Shown here: piece by piece, positions 10,233-18,824 of the stretch | Numbering within the stretch: the first letter of the stretch is position 1 | How the letters are laid out: each line of letters opens with the position of its first letter | Notes under the pieces: model-generated | Seen by the model: only the letters and a program-made list of their open reading frames with translations | Databases searched by the model: none | What the model was told of the DNA's origin: nothing | NCBI GenBank assembly: GCA_965279525.1 | Contig: CBDIIB010000005.1 | Location: forward strand, 1,376,001-1,440,000 | DNA from: Tagaea sp. | GTDB lineage: Bacteria > Pseudomonadota > Alphaproteobacteria > CACIAM-22H2 | Direction: 5' to 3' | Length of the DNA: 64,000 nucleotides | Translations under genes and position numbers: made by a program

Positions 10233-11054
10233 TTACCCGACCCTCACGCGATGCTTGGCGACCGGGATCATCTCGCGAACGGCCGCAACGCGTTTGGGAT
10301 CGATGCGCGAGGTGACGATGCCCACGCCGTCGGACGCGCGCGCCACGACATGGCCCCACGGATCGACCACCATCGAATGGCCGTAGGTCTGGCGCATGCC
10401 GTTGCCGGCGCGGAAGCTGCCGGTCTGCCCGGCGGCGCAGAAATAGGTCTCGGTCTCGATCGCGCGCGCGCGGCACAGCACTTCCCAGTGGTCCTTGCCG
10501 GTCTGCATCGTGAAGGCGGCAGGCAACGCGATCACTGCGGCACCCTTGGCGGCGAGCGCCTGGAACAGGTCGGGGAAGCGCAGGTCGTAGCAGATCGCGC
10601 AGCCCACCGTGACGCCCTCGCAGTCGTACGTGACGACGGCGTCGCCCGGCGCCACCGAAGCGGATTCCTTGTACTCGGTGCCGTCGGGTGTCACGACGTC
10701 GAACAGGTGGATCTTGCGGTAGCGGGCGATTTCCTTGCCCGCACGGTCGAAAACCAGCGTGGTGTTGTGGATGCGGCTGTCGTCCTCGATCTTCTCGCTG
10801 ATCGAACCGGCATGCAGGAACACGCGATGCGTGCGCGCGGCCTCCTGCATCATTTTATAGGTGGGCCCGCCGGGGATGGCCTCGGCATTGGCGAGCTTCT
10901 CGGCCGTCGTGCCGCCGATATAGTCGAACGTCTCGGGCAGCAGGATCCAGTCGGGCTTTTCGACCCGCACGGCTTCGTCGATCAGGCGGCGCGCTTCGGC
11001 GAGGTTCTTCGCCTTGTCGTCGACCGAGTTCATCTGGATCAGGGACACTTTCAT
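10233..11054 (-). CDS. Carbon-nitrogen hydrolase (Nit1/Nit2-like amidase)
   Basis: Catalytic triad motifs LLPE, YRKIHLFD and ICYDLRFP; RARAIE; GGAGGAG RBS before the ATG. Confidence 0.9.
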   Translation of the reverse strand: MKVSLIQMNSVDDKAKNLAEARRLIDEAVRVEKPDWILLPETFDYIGGTTAEKLANAEAIPGGPTYKMMQEAARTHRVFLHAGSISEKIEDDSRIHNTTLVFDRAGKEIARYRKIHLFDVVTPDGTEYKESASVAPGDAVVTYDCEGVTVGCAICYDLRFPDLFQALAAKGAAVIALPAAFTMQTGKDHWEVLCRARAIETETYFCAAGQTGSFRAGNGMRQTYGHSMVVDPWGHVVARASDGVGIVTSRIDPKRVAAVREMIPVAKHRVRVG

Positions 11055-11115
11055 CGAGGACTCCTCCGGTGCAGGAGTATGCACCAAACCGCCTCGGCTT
11101 TCCCAATGCGTCGTT

Positions 11116-13236
11116 TCACTTCCCGTCGAGGACGGTGACGGCCGTCCAGCCGGGCCCCGGCGGGGAATCGCGGAGCGGAGCGACCCGCCCGGCAAGGCTT
11201 GCCGCCGCCGTGTCGCCGTCCAGCGGCGGGGCCGTGAGCCGGGCGTGCGCGGCGGCGAAATCGCCCGCCCGGTAGAGGGCGAGGGCGGCCGCGAACGCCG
11301 CCGCATCCACTTTCGTCGCGGCGTCGAGCGGTTCGTAGATCGTCACCGGCTTCTCGCGCCCCTTGACCTGGATGCAGTCGAGCTCGCGCCACCCGATTTC
11401 CGGGCCGGGTGCGGCGTCGGCCAGCAGACGCACCGATTCCGCGCACATCACGTTGGTCCCGAAATATTTGTTCGCCCCCTCGAGGCGCGAGGCGAGGTTC
11501 ACCGTGTCGCCCATCACCGTGTAGTTGAAGCGCTTCTTCGAGCCGATATTGCCGACAAGTGCGCGCCCGCTGTTGAGCCCGATGCGCGCCTTGAGCTTGT
11601 GCCCGAGGAACAAGGCGGCCGGATCGGCGTTCATCGCGGCAAGCTTCGCGTTGCACGCAAGGGCCGCCTCGACGGCACGGCGCGCATGCGCCGGATCGTC
11701 CATCGGTGCCCCGAACACCGCGACGATCGCATCGCCGATATACTTGTCGACGAAACCGCCATGCGCCTCGACGATGTCGGTCATCGCCGAGAGATACATG
11801 TTCATCACCTGCACGAGCTGCTGGGGCGTCAGGCTCTCCGACAGGCCGGTGAACCCGGCGACGTCGGAGAACATCACGGTGATCTCGCGCTCTTCCCCGC
11901 CCAATTCGGGCGGGGCCTGCGCCGTCATCAGCCGGTCGACCATCGCGGGCGCCAGATAAAGCCCGAAGCTCCGGCGCAGCAGGCGCTTGTCCTTGTCGGC
12001 GACCGCGAAGCGGTAGCCGAGCAGACCCGCACCCGCAAGGAAGGAAGCGACGAGGGCGGTCAGGAACGGCCAGACGAGGGCGTTGTCGAGGGCGACGACG
12101 CTTGCTGCCGTCCAGGCCAGCGCCAGCCCGCCGAACGCCGCGACGAACGCCGTCGCCGGCAGGGCGAGGGCCGCCGTTGCCGTCGCGGCAAGCAGGATCG
12201 TGGCCGCCAGCCCTTCGCCGGCCCGCCCGAGCTCGGCAAGGCCGCCGCCGCGCAGCAGGTTGTTGACGAACGTGGCGTGGATGAACACGCCGGGGATCGC
12301 GTCGCGGACTACGTCTTCGCGCACGATGTCGGTGCGCGCGGGAAGCGCACAGCGCGCGCCGAAGGCCGCCCCTTCCTGTCCGGTCATGAAGCGGCGCGAC
12401 GTGAGCTTGCGGTCCTCGACGTCGAGCACCGTGCCGATGAACACGACCTTGTCCTTGAAGTGCTTCGCGAAGAACGCCGCATCGCCTTTCTCCGCGCAGG
12501 CGCGCAGGTCGCCGAGCGAAAAGGCCGGGATATCGGCGCCGCCGCCGTCGAAATCGATCGGCATCGCGTTGGCAGCCGAGCCGGGCAGGCGGCGGCCGTC
12601 GAACCACACGCCGTCGGCGCGAAGTTCCGGCTCGACCTTGCGCGCGCGCGCGGCGGCTTCGAGCCCGAGCGAGGTCTGCCGGGCGCCATCCTCGAGATCG
12701 AAGAACAGCGGTGCGCGCCTGATCGCCTCGTCGGGATCGCGGAACAGGTTGGTCGAACGGATGTTCGCGTCGTGGCCAACGGCGAAGCTCTGGCCCTGGA
12801 AGGGGCGGATCGGCGAAGCGCCGTGCTGCACCTTGCCCAGGATCAGCCGTCCCTCGCGCGAGCCGGCGCGCAACACCCGCAGGAAGTCGCGGTCGTAGCC
12901 GGGCACGAAACGCTCGACCGACGTGGGGAAGATCACGTCGAACGCGACGACCGAAGCGCCGGCGTCGAGCACCGCGTTCAGCACCGGGGCCATTTCGCGT
13001 GTCCAGAAGGCCTGCGGCACGTCGGCGAAGGGCGGCGTGCGGTAGGATTCCTCGTCGATCGCCACGACGACGCTGGGCGAGGTGGCCGCATCGTGCCGCG
13101 GCCCGAAGGCGAGATGGCGCAGCGCGAATGTCAGGTCGAGAGAGATGCCGCGCAGCGTGTCGGCCAGCGGCGAGGCGACGAAAAGCGCGCCGAGGAGGAC
13201 GGCCGCGACGGCGGCCCCGGACGCGTGGCGCTTCAT
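11116..13236 (-). CDS. CHASE2-domain membrane adenylate cyclase (class III)
   Basis: N-terminal TM; CHASE2 motifs (VVVAIDE, FDVIF, FKDKVVFIG, PGVFIHA); 3 TM; cyclase motifs FSDVAGFT, DKYIGD, NYTVMGDTVNLASRLE and VKGR. Confidence 0.92.
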   Translation of the reverse strand: MKRHASGAAVAAVLLGALFVASPLADTLRGISLDLTFALRHLAFGPRHDAATSPSVVVAIDEESYRTPPFADVPQAFWTREMAPVLNAVLDAGASVVAFDVIFPTSVERFVPGYDRDFLRVLRAGSREGRLILGKVQHGASPIRPFQGQSFAVGHDANIRSTNLFRDPDEAIRRAPLFFDLEDGARQTSLGLEAAARARKVEPELRADGVWFDGRRLPGSAANAMPIDFDGGGADIPAFSLGDLRACAEKGDAAFFAKHFKDKVVFIGTVLDVEDRKLTSRRFMTGQEGAAFGARCALPARTDIVREDVVRDAIPGVFIHATFVNNLLRGGGLAELGRAGEGLAATILLAATATAALALPATAFVAAFGGLALAWTAASVVALDNALVWPFLTALVASFLAGAGLLGYRFAVADKDKRLLRRSFGLYLAPAMVDRLMTAQAPPELGGEEREITVMFSDVAGFTGLSESLTPQQLVQVMNMYLSAMTDIVEAHGGFVDKYIGDAIVAVFGAPMDDPAHARRAVEAALACNAKLAAMNADPAALFLGHKLKARIGLNSGRALVGNIGSKKRFNYTVMGDTVNLASRLEGANKYFGTNVMCAESVRLLADAAPGPEIGWRELDCIQVKGREKPVTIYEPLDAATKVDAAAFAAALALYRAGDFAAAHARLTAPPLDGDTAAASLAGRVAPLRDSPPGPGWTAVTVLDGK

Positions 13237-13238
13237 GT

Positions 13239-13895
13239 CTAGAGCCGGATGAGGCGGCTCAGCAGCGGTGCCTGTCCCGATCGTGCCTCGGGGTCGACCT
13301 TGAAGACGATGTTCCGCTCGCCGACCGACAGACGGTAGGTTCCGCCGGCGACCAGCGCGCGGTCGGCCTTGGCGAGATCGAAGAAGCTGCCGCGCGTGAG
13401 CTGCTGGGCCGGCACGTCGAAAGCCATCGGTTCGCCCGGCTGGTCGAGACGCGCGATCGACACGCGCCCGCCACCCTTGATGTCGAGCACGGGCGAAATG
13501 CCGTAGATCGTCATCTCGGGCGCGTTCGCGGCGGCACCCGGCCTGGGCGGCGCGCGGAAGACCATGACGCCGGACTTCGCCGCCTGGTCGGAGGAAAGGC
13601 GCATCTTGCCGGCATCGCACGGCATCTTCTCGCGCCGCACGGTGCCGCCGGCCACGCTCGACTGCTCGGCGCCCACGGTGACCGTCCCGCCCTTGATCGT
13701 CTCGCGCCAGCAAGACTTCAGATAGCCCAGCACCAGCTCGTCGCCGGCGCCCAGCTTCACGACGCGCCCGGCCTCGACATAGTCCATGAAGTCCACGTCG
13801 AGCTTGCCCTTGGCATCCTCGACGATGGCGACGGGGTCGGCTGCAAGTGCAGGTGCTGCGGCGAGCGAAAGGAGAAGCGCCAGAACGCGATGCAT
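13239..13895 (-). CDS. Secreted protein of unknown function (218 aa)
   Basis: Signal peptide MHRVLALLLSLAAAPALA; beta-rich; two Cys; 2 bp from the cyclase start. Confidence 0.8.
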   Translation of the reverse strand: MHRVLALLLSLAAAPALAADPVAIVEDAKGKLDVDFMDYVEAGRVVKLGAGDELVLGYLKSCWRETIKGGTVTVGAEQSSVAGGTVRREKMPCDAGKMRLSSDQAAKSGVMVFRAPPRPGAAANAPEMTIYGISPVLDIKGGGRVSIARLDQPGEPMAFDVPAQQLTRGSFFDLAKADRALVAGGTYRLSVGERNIVFKVDPEARSGQAPLLSRLIRL

Positions 13896-13917
13896 CCGGG
13901 ACCGTCTGCTGCGCTGA

Positions 13918-15336
13918 CTATTTGAACGTGACATCGGTCGACTTGCCTTGCTCTGTGGTGAAATTGACCTGCACATACTTCTCTTTTTCGGCCGCGATGA
14001 CCCTTCCGCGCATAATCGATTTCGTCTGGTCGCCGAAGCGCCCGCAGACGATTTCGATTTCGGAAAATGTGCCATCTTCGCCGATCGGCCCGCTGCCGGC
14101 GCAGTTGCCGCCGCCGCCGCGTGGCCCGCCCGTCCACGAGGCGCCTAGCCGGATGCTGCCCTGCGCGACCGTGGCAAATGCGTGCGTGCCGGAGCTGCTG
14201 ATGACGCCGAGCGCAATGTTCGCCGAATACACGCCGTTGAACTGGGTGCCGGCGCGAGCCGCCGGTACGGAAGCGACCTGCTGGGGTGGTGCCACGACCG
14301 GTGCCGGTGCCGGCGCCGCCACAGGCGCCGGGGCTGCAGCGACAGGTGCCGGTGCTGGCGCCGGTGCTGGGGCCGCACGCGCGGCGACGACCTGCTGGCG
14401 GGCGGCTTCGAGGCTTGCCACGCGCGCGCGCGCGATGCCCGCGAACATGCCGGTCGGGAACGTGTCGAGATAGGCGCGCAGCTCGGCGGGATCGCTCGAT
14501 CCCTTGACCGAATCCCAGAACATCGCTTCGCGGTCGACGGCGGGTGCTGCCGCTGCGGCAGGTGCTGTCGGCGCCACGGCGGCCGATGCGGCCGCCGGCG
14601 GCTGGAAATAGAAGTCGCCGGTCAGCGACGAGGCTTCCCAAGGGACCTGTGCGCCGTTGGACGCGCGCGCCACGCCGATGCGCACCTGCTTGAAAACGTC
14701 TTCGGCTTTCAGGCCCGGCTGCGCCAGCGCCTTCAGCAGTTCTTGCGTATAAAGCCCGTTGGAACCCTCGCCGTCGGCGGCGACTTTGCCGGGAGCGGTC
14801 GCATAGGCGATCATCGTGCCTTCGGGTGCATTGATCTGTGCGAGGCCGCCACCGACCGAGCGGAAGCGCCGCTCGAACGGATTGTTCCGGCAGGCATCGA
14901 GAATGACCATGCTGACGCGCGCGCGCGCTGCCGCCATCTGGTCGAGCACGGCGTCGATGTCGAGCGTTTCCAGCCGCACGCGCTGCTCGGACGTGATCCT
15001 GGCGTCGGTCGGGATCAGGTAGTTGCGGCCCTGCACCTGCATGCCGTGGCCGGCGAAGAAGAACAGCGCCGTGTCGCCCTCGCTCAGCTTCTCGCCGAAA
15101 TCGGCGACGACCTCGTTCATCTGCGCCTTCGTGGCGTTCTCGCGCAGGAGCACCTCGAACCCCTGCCGGCGCAGCGTGGCGGCGATCGCGCGCGCGTCGT
15201 TGGGCGGGTTCTTGAGCGGGGCCTCGGCGTAGCTGCCGTTGCCGATGACCAGCGCCACTTTCTTGCTGGCGAGGGCCGGCGTGCCGACCGCCAGAAGCGC
15301 GCTCAGGAAGGCGAGTAGGCGGATCAATGGATGCAT
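13918..15336 (-). CDS. Exported caspase-family (peptidase C14) protein
   Basis: Signal peptide; ALVIGNGSY, L.NP.NDA, FFAGHG (His) and ILDACR (Cys); FW..V....YL..FP.G.FA helical motif; Pro/Ala linker and a small C-terminal domain. Confidence 0.93.
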   Translation of the reverse strand: MHPLIRLLAFLSALLAVGTPALASKKVALVIGNGSYAEAPLKNPPNDARAIAATLRRQGFEVLLRENATKAQMNEVVADFGEKLSEGDTALFFFAGHGMQVQGRNYLIPTDARITSEQRVRLETLDIDAVLDQMAAARARVSMVILDACRNNPFERRFRSVGGGLAQINAPEGTMIAYATAPGKVAADGEGSNGLYTQELLKALAQPGLKAEDVFKQVRIGVARASNGAQVPWEASSLTGDFYFQPPAAASAAVAPTAPAAAAAPAVDREAMFWDSVKGSSDPAELRAYLDTFPTGMFAGIARARVASLEAARQQVVAARAAPAPAPAPAPVAAAPAPVAAPAPAPVVAPPQQVASVPAARAGTQFNGVYSANIALGVISSSGTHAFATVAQGSIRLGASWTGGPRGGGGNCAGSGPIGEDGTFSEIEIVCGRFGDQTKSIMRGRVIAAEKEKYVQVNFTTEQGKSTDVTFK

Positions 15337-15423
15337 CTCATGCCCCCCCGGTCGAACCCGGCAAAACCGTCACAGGCTGATACCTACGTTAGTCCCGACC
15401 GGCCCCGCCCGCAGTGATGCCGC

Positions 15424-18400
15424 TCACTCCGATACTTGCGAAACCTGCCGTGCGCCCGAGCCGCCACCGTCCCCGACGAGGGCGAACGGCGCCCAGAAGA
15501 TGGGGTGGCTGTAGGCGAAGACGGTCTGGCGGTTGGCGGGATCGACGTAACCCGGTCCGTCGATCAGGGCCGCCATCGCCTGCTGGAGGGCGGCCGCGCG
15601 CGCAAGACCCGGATCGCGCGCCTGGCGCCCGAACAGGTCGGTCGTCAGCACGCGCGCACTCGTCGTCTCGACCGGCCAGTTGGTCACCAGCAGGGCGCGG
15701 GTTCCGGCATAGAAGAACGCCCGGCCAAGGCCGGAGACGGCTTCCGCCCCCGCCCCGTCGCCCGTCGCCGTGTTGCAGGCCGACAGCACGACCCAGTCGG
15801 CATTGAGTTTAAGGCCCAGTACCTCGTCGAGCGTCAGCAGCCCGTCGCCGTCGATGTCGGCGACGTTGGGCGCCGACAGGGCGAGAGCCGGCTGCGTGAG
15901 CCCGTTGAGATCGCCCGGGATCAGCCCGTGCGTGGCGAACATCACCACCCGCCGGTTCGACAGGTCCATCGTCTTGACGTTGCGCTCGTTGGCGGCCGCC
16001 CCCAGGAACACGTCCGAGGCATCGGCGTTGAGCGCCAGCGCGATCCCCTTCACCTCGTCCGACGTGTCGGGCAGGCGCGGCAGCATGGCAAGCTCGGCAC
16101 TGTCGACGGTCGACGTCGCGGGTGCGGAACGCCGCACGAGCTTCACGCCCCTTGTCTGCAGGCCGCGCGTGGTCAGCTGGGCGACCTGCTGCGTGGCCGC
16201 TTCGACCTTCGCCTCGGCCATCTGCTCGGCGCTGAACCACGGATCGCCGAAGCCCGCGAACGCCTTGCGGTTGGCAGGTGCGGCCGGCAGGTTGCGCAGC
16301 GTGGCCAGCGAGGCGACCGACGGAAGCTGGGTGATGCCGGCCTTGCGGATCAGGAACGGCACCTTCCTGTACGCCGAGAACAGCGCTTCGCCCTCGCGCT
16401 CGGCGGCAAGCTGTGCAGGCTCGGTCACCAGCACGCCGAACGGCAGCTGGCCCAGCACGTCGTGCGGCACGACCAGCAGCGACGTGGCGTTGGCGAAGCC
16501 CGCTTCGACCGGCTTCAGCAGGTCGGCATAGAGCTTGCCCGCGAGCGCCACGTCGAAGGCCGGGATGTCGCCAAGCGTGGCGGCGTTGGGGTCAAGCGAC
16601 TTGCGCAGGCTCGCGACCGTCGCGGCCATCGCCTTCTGCCCGACGGGCACGGCCGAGAACGCGACCGCTCCCGCCTGCGGGACGGCCCACACGAAGCTCT
16701 GCTCCATGCCCACATAGGTGGCGATCAGTGCTTCGCCGGGCCGCAACGAGCGGCGGGCCTGCTCGACCGTCGCGGGGCGCGGATCGATCAGGTTCACATA
16801 ATCCGGAAAGCGCCGCTCGATCTCCTGGCGGATCGCCGCGCGTGCAGCGCGCAAGGAATCGATCTGCGTGCGCAGGACACGCACCGCCGCGTCGTCGCGC
16901 TCGGGGGCCGACAGCACGTTGGTCAGCAGCCCCTGCAGCGCGCCCACCTGCTTCTGCGTGTCCTGCTCCTGGCGCACGAACTCGGCCAGGGCCGGGTCCG
17001 ACGCCGACGCGCGCGCCGAGCTTTGCGCCAGTGCCCGCTGCACGCCCTGCCCGCGGATCGCGTCGGCAAGGCGGAACGACTCCTCTGCAGAACCCGCTCG
17101 ATTCGACGCCGAAAGCGCGCGCAGTGCCGACTCGAACACCACGCGCAGCTGGCTGTCGCGCTGCGCCGAACCGCCTTCTTCGTCGTCTGCCTGGCGTGAG
17201 GACTGCAGCAGGATCGGTGTCGCGGCGTCGAACTCGGCCAGCGCACCGGCCGTGTCGCCGAGCCGGCCTTTGGCCGCACCCAGCATGCCGCGGCTGATGG
17301 CCGTGTCCCAGTGCCGCTCGCCCAGCGTCTGCACGTTGCGCGCGACGACATTGGTCATCACGCGACGCGCTTCCTCGGCGTTGCCGCCGCGCAGCGACAC
17401 CATTCCCCAGTGCGCGTTGGAGTCGAAGGCCTGGCGCAACACGTCCGGGTTGGACGCCATGCGCTTGCGCAGGTCCTCGTAGGTCGCCGCGGCTGCCTGC
17501 CATTCGCCCTGCTGGCTCTGCGCGCGCGCGACCTGCCGGAGTGCCCGCGCGTACATGCCGGACGCCGGATCGACCTTCATCTGTTCGAGCGAGTCGAACG
17601 CGACGCGACCGAGGCGGTGGGCCTCGGCAGGGCGGCCCTGTTCGAGCAGGATGTCGCCCAGCCCGAGGACCGAACTGAGCGTTTCGGGCGCGTAGCGGCC
17701 CTGGATGGCAAGCCGGCCGAGCAGCACGGCGCGCGTTTCCACTTCGGCCTCGACGAGGCGGCCCTGGCGCGCAAGTGCGCGCGCAAGCTCGCCGCGGATG
17801 ACGTAGCCGAGATTCGTATAGGCTCTCGGCGGCTGGTTCTGCTGGCGCGTGATCGACGCCTCGTCGCGGATCAGCCGGTCGTTGCTGGAGATCGCCGCGC
17901 GCAGATGGCGTTCGGCCTCGGCGAAGCGGCCTTCCTCCATCGCGATGGTGGCCGACGAGCGCGCCACGAAAGTTTCCGCGCTCCACAGCACGAACTGCGG
18001 CAGGCGCGGGGCGTTGCGCAGTTCGGTCAGCGTCGATTCCATCCTCGGAAGCTCGACTTTCGCGGTCGCGATATCGCCGAGCTGCACGGCCGCTCCGACG
18101 AGACTCGACTGGGCCGAGATGCGCGCGCCGGGACTGGGCGCGATGGCGACGCGGCGCTGGTGCAGCGTGAAGGCCGTGCGTCCGTTGCCGATCTGCTGTT
18201 CGCTGATCGCCCACTGCTGGAGATAGCGCGCGTTGATTGCCGGCGACGCGTTGGCCGCACTGGCAAGCTCGTAGGCGCGCTTGAAATCGGCCACGCGCTG
18301 ATTGACGCGGCCGAGTTCCTCGGCGGCGATGCCGCGCTCGAACAGGAACGCGGCGAGATCGGTCCCGCGCAGGGTGGCGGGCGGCTCGGCATCGGCCTTC

Positions 18401-18618
18401 GCGACGGCGGCGGCGACGCGCGCGGGGTCGGGCTTCTGCTGGTCGAGGATCGCGGCAATGTCGGAGATCGTGCGCGGCGGCGGGCGGAAGCCCTGGCCCT
18501 GGAACTCGGCCGTGATCTGGCGGGCCTGCTGCAGGCTCACCGCCGGCTTGCCGTCCGGCTGGCAGCCCCACAGCAGAAAGAGCGCGAGCACGCATGCGGT
18601 GCTTCGGAATTCGTGCAT
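15424..18618 (-). CDS. TPR + CHAT-domain protease, predicted lipoprotein
   Basis: Lipobox-like LLWGC; TPR-like helices; FATHG (His), LSACNT (Cys), WPV and HPIFWAPF. Confidence 0.93.
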   Translation of the reverse strand: MHEFRSTACVLALFLLWGCQPDGKPAVSLQQARQITAEFQGQGFRPPPRTISDIAAILDQQKPDPARVAAAVAKADAEPPATLRGTDLAAFLFERGIAAEELGRVNQRVADFKRAYELASAANASPAINARYLQQWAISEQQIGNGRTAFTLHQRRVAIAPSPGARISAQSSLVGAAVQLGDIATAKVELPRMESTLTELRNAPRLPQFVLWSAETFVARSSATIAMEEGRFAEAERHLRAAISSNDRLIRDEASITRQQNQPPRAYTNLGYVIRGELARALARQGRLVEAEVETRAVLLGRLAIQGRYAPETLSSVLGLGDILLEQGRPAEAHRLGRVAFDSLEQMKVDPASGMYARALRQVARAQSQQGEWQAAAATYEDLRKRMASNPDVLRQAFDSNAHWGMVSLRGGNAEEARRVMTNVVARNVQTLGERHWDTAISRGMLGAAKGRLGDTAGALAEFDAATPILLQSSRQADDEEGGSAQRDSQLRVVFESALRALSASNRAGSAEESFRLADAIRGQGVQRALAQSSARASASDPALAEFVRQEQDTQKQVGALQGLLTNVLSAPERDDAAVRVLRTQIDSLRAARAAIRQEIERRFPDYVNLIDPRPATVEQARRSLRPGEALIATYVGMEQSFVWAVPQAGAVAFSAVPVGQKAMAATVASLRKSLDPNAATLGDIPAFDVALAGKLYADLLKPVEAGFANATSLLVVPHDVLGQLPFGVLVTEPAQLAAEREGEALFSAYRKVPFLIRKAGITQLPSVASLATLRNLPAAPANRKAFAGFGDPWFSAEQMAEAKVEAATQQVAQLTTRGLQTRGVKLVRRSAPATSTVDSAELAMLPRLPDTSDEVKGIALALNADASDVFLGAAANERNVKTMDLSNRRVVMFATHGLIPGDLNGLTQPALALSAPNVADIDGDGLLTLDEVLGLKLNADWVVLSACNTATGDGAGAEAVSGLGRAFFYAGTRALLVTNWPVETTSARVLTTDLFGRQARDPGLARAAALQQAMAALIDGPGYVDPANRQTVFAYSHPIFWAPFALVGDGGGSGARQVSQVSE

Positions 18619-18689
18619 CTGAAGTTGCTCCCCCCGGAGAATTCCGGACCCGATTGTAGCACCTTCCGGGGCTTGATTTTAGCACCGCC

Positions 18690-18824
18690 AGATGTTAGAT
18701 TAATATTCCGATCATAGGTATGTGATCGGAATAGGGTGCGCGGGTCGCATCGAAACGTCTGGAGGTTACAACCTTTCTATATCAATGGGTTAAATAGGTT
18801 ACGGTAACCTGTTGTCGCCCATTA
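18690..18824. promoter_or_regulatory. AT-rich control region upstream of the CHAT operon, with inverted repeats and an IHF consensus site
   Basis: 11-8-11 inverted repeat at 18704-18733; TATCAAtgggTTA (WATCAANNNNTTR) at 18780-18792; AGGTTAC-G-GTAACCT at 18796-18810. Confidence 0.6.

Noticed and set aside
14260-14600. GGTGCC-type short repeats
   Set aside because: They encode the Pro/Ala linkers of the caspase
15424-18618. TPR-CHAT as a Craspase (Csx29) or cytoplasmic defence effector
   Set aside because: No type III-E cas, gasdermin or NLR gene nearby, and the protein appears to be an exported lipoprotein
18704-18733. Chromosomal dif site
   Set aside because: The spacer is 8 bp rather than 6, and the arms do not resemble the XerD TTATGTTAAAT-type arm
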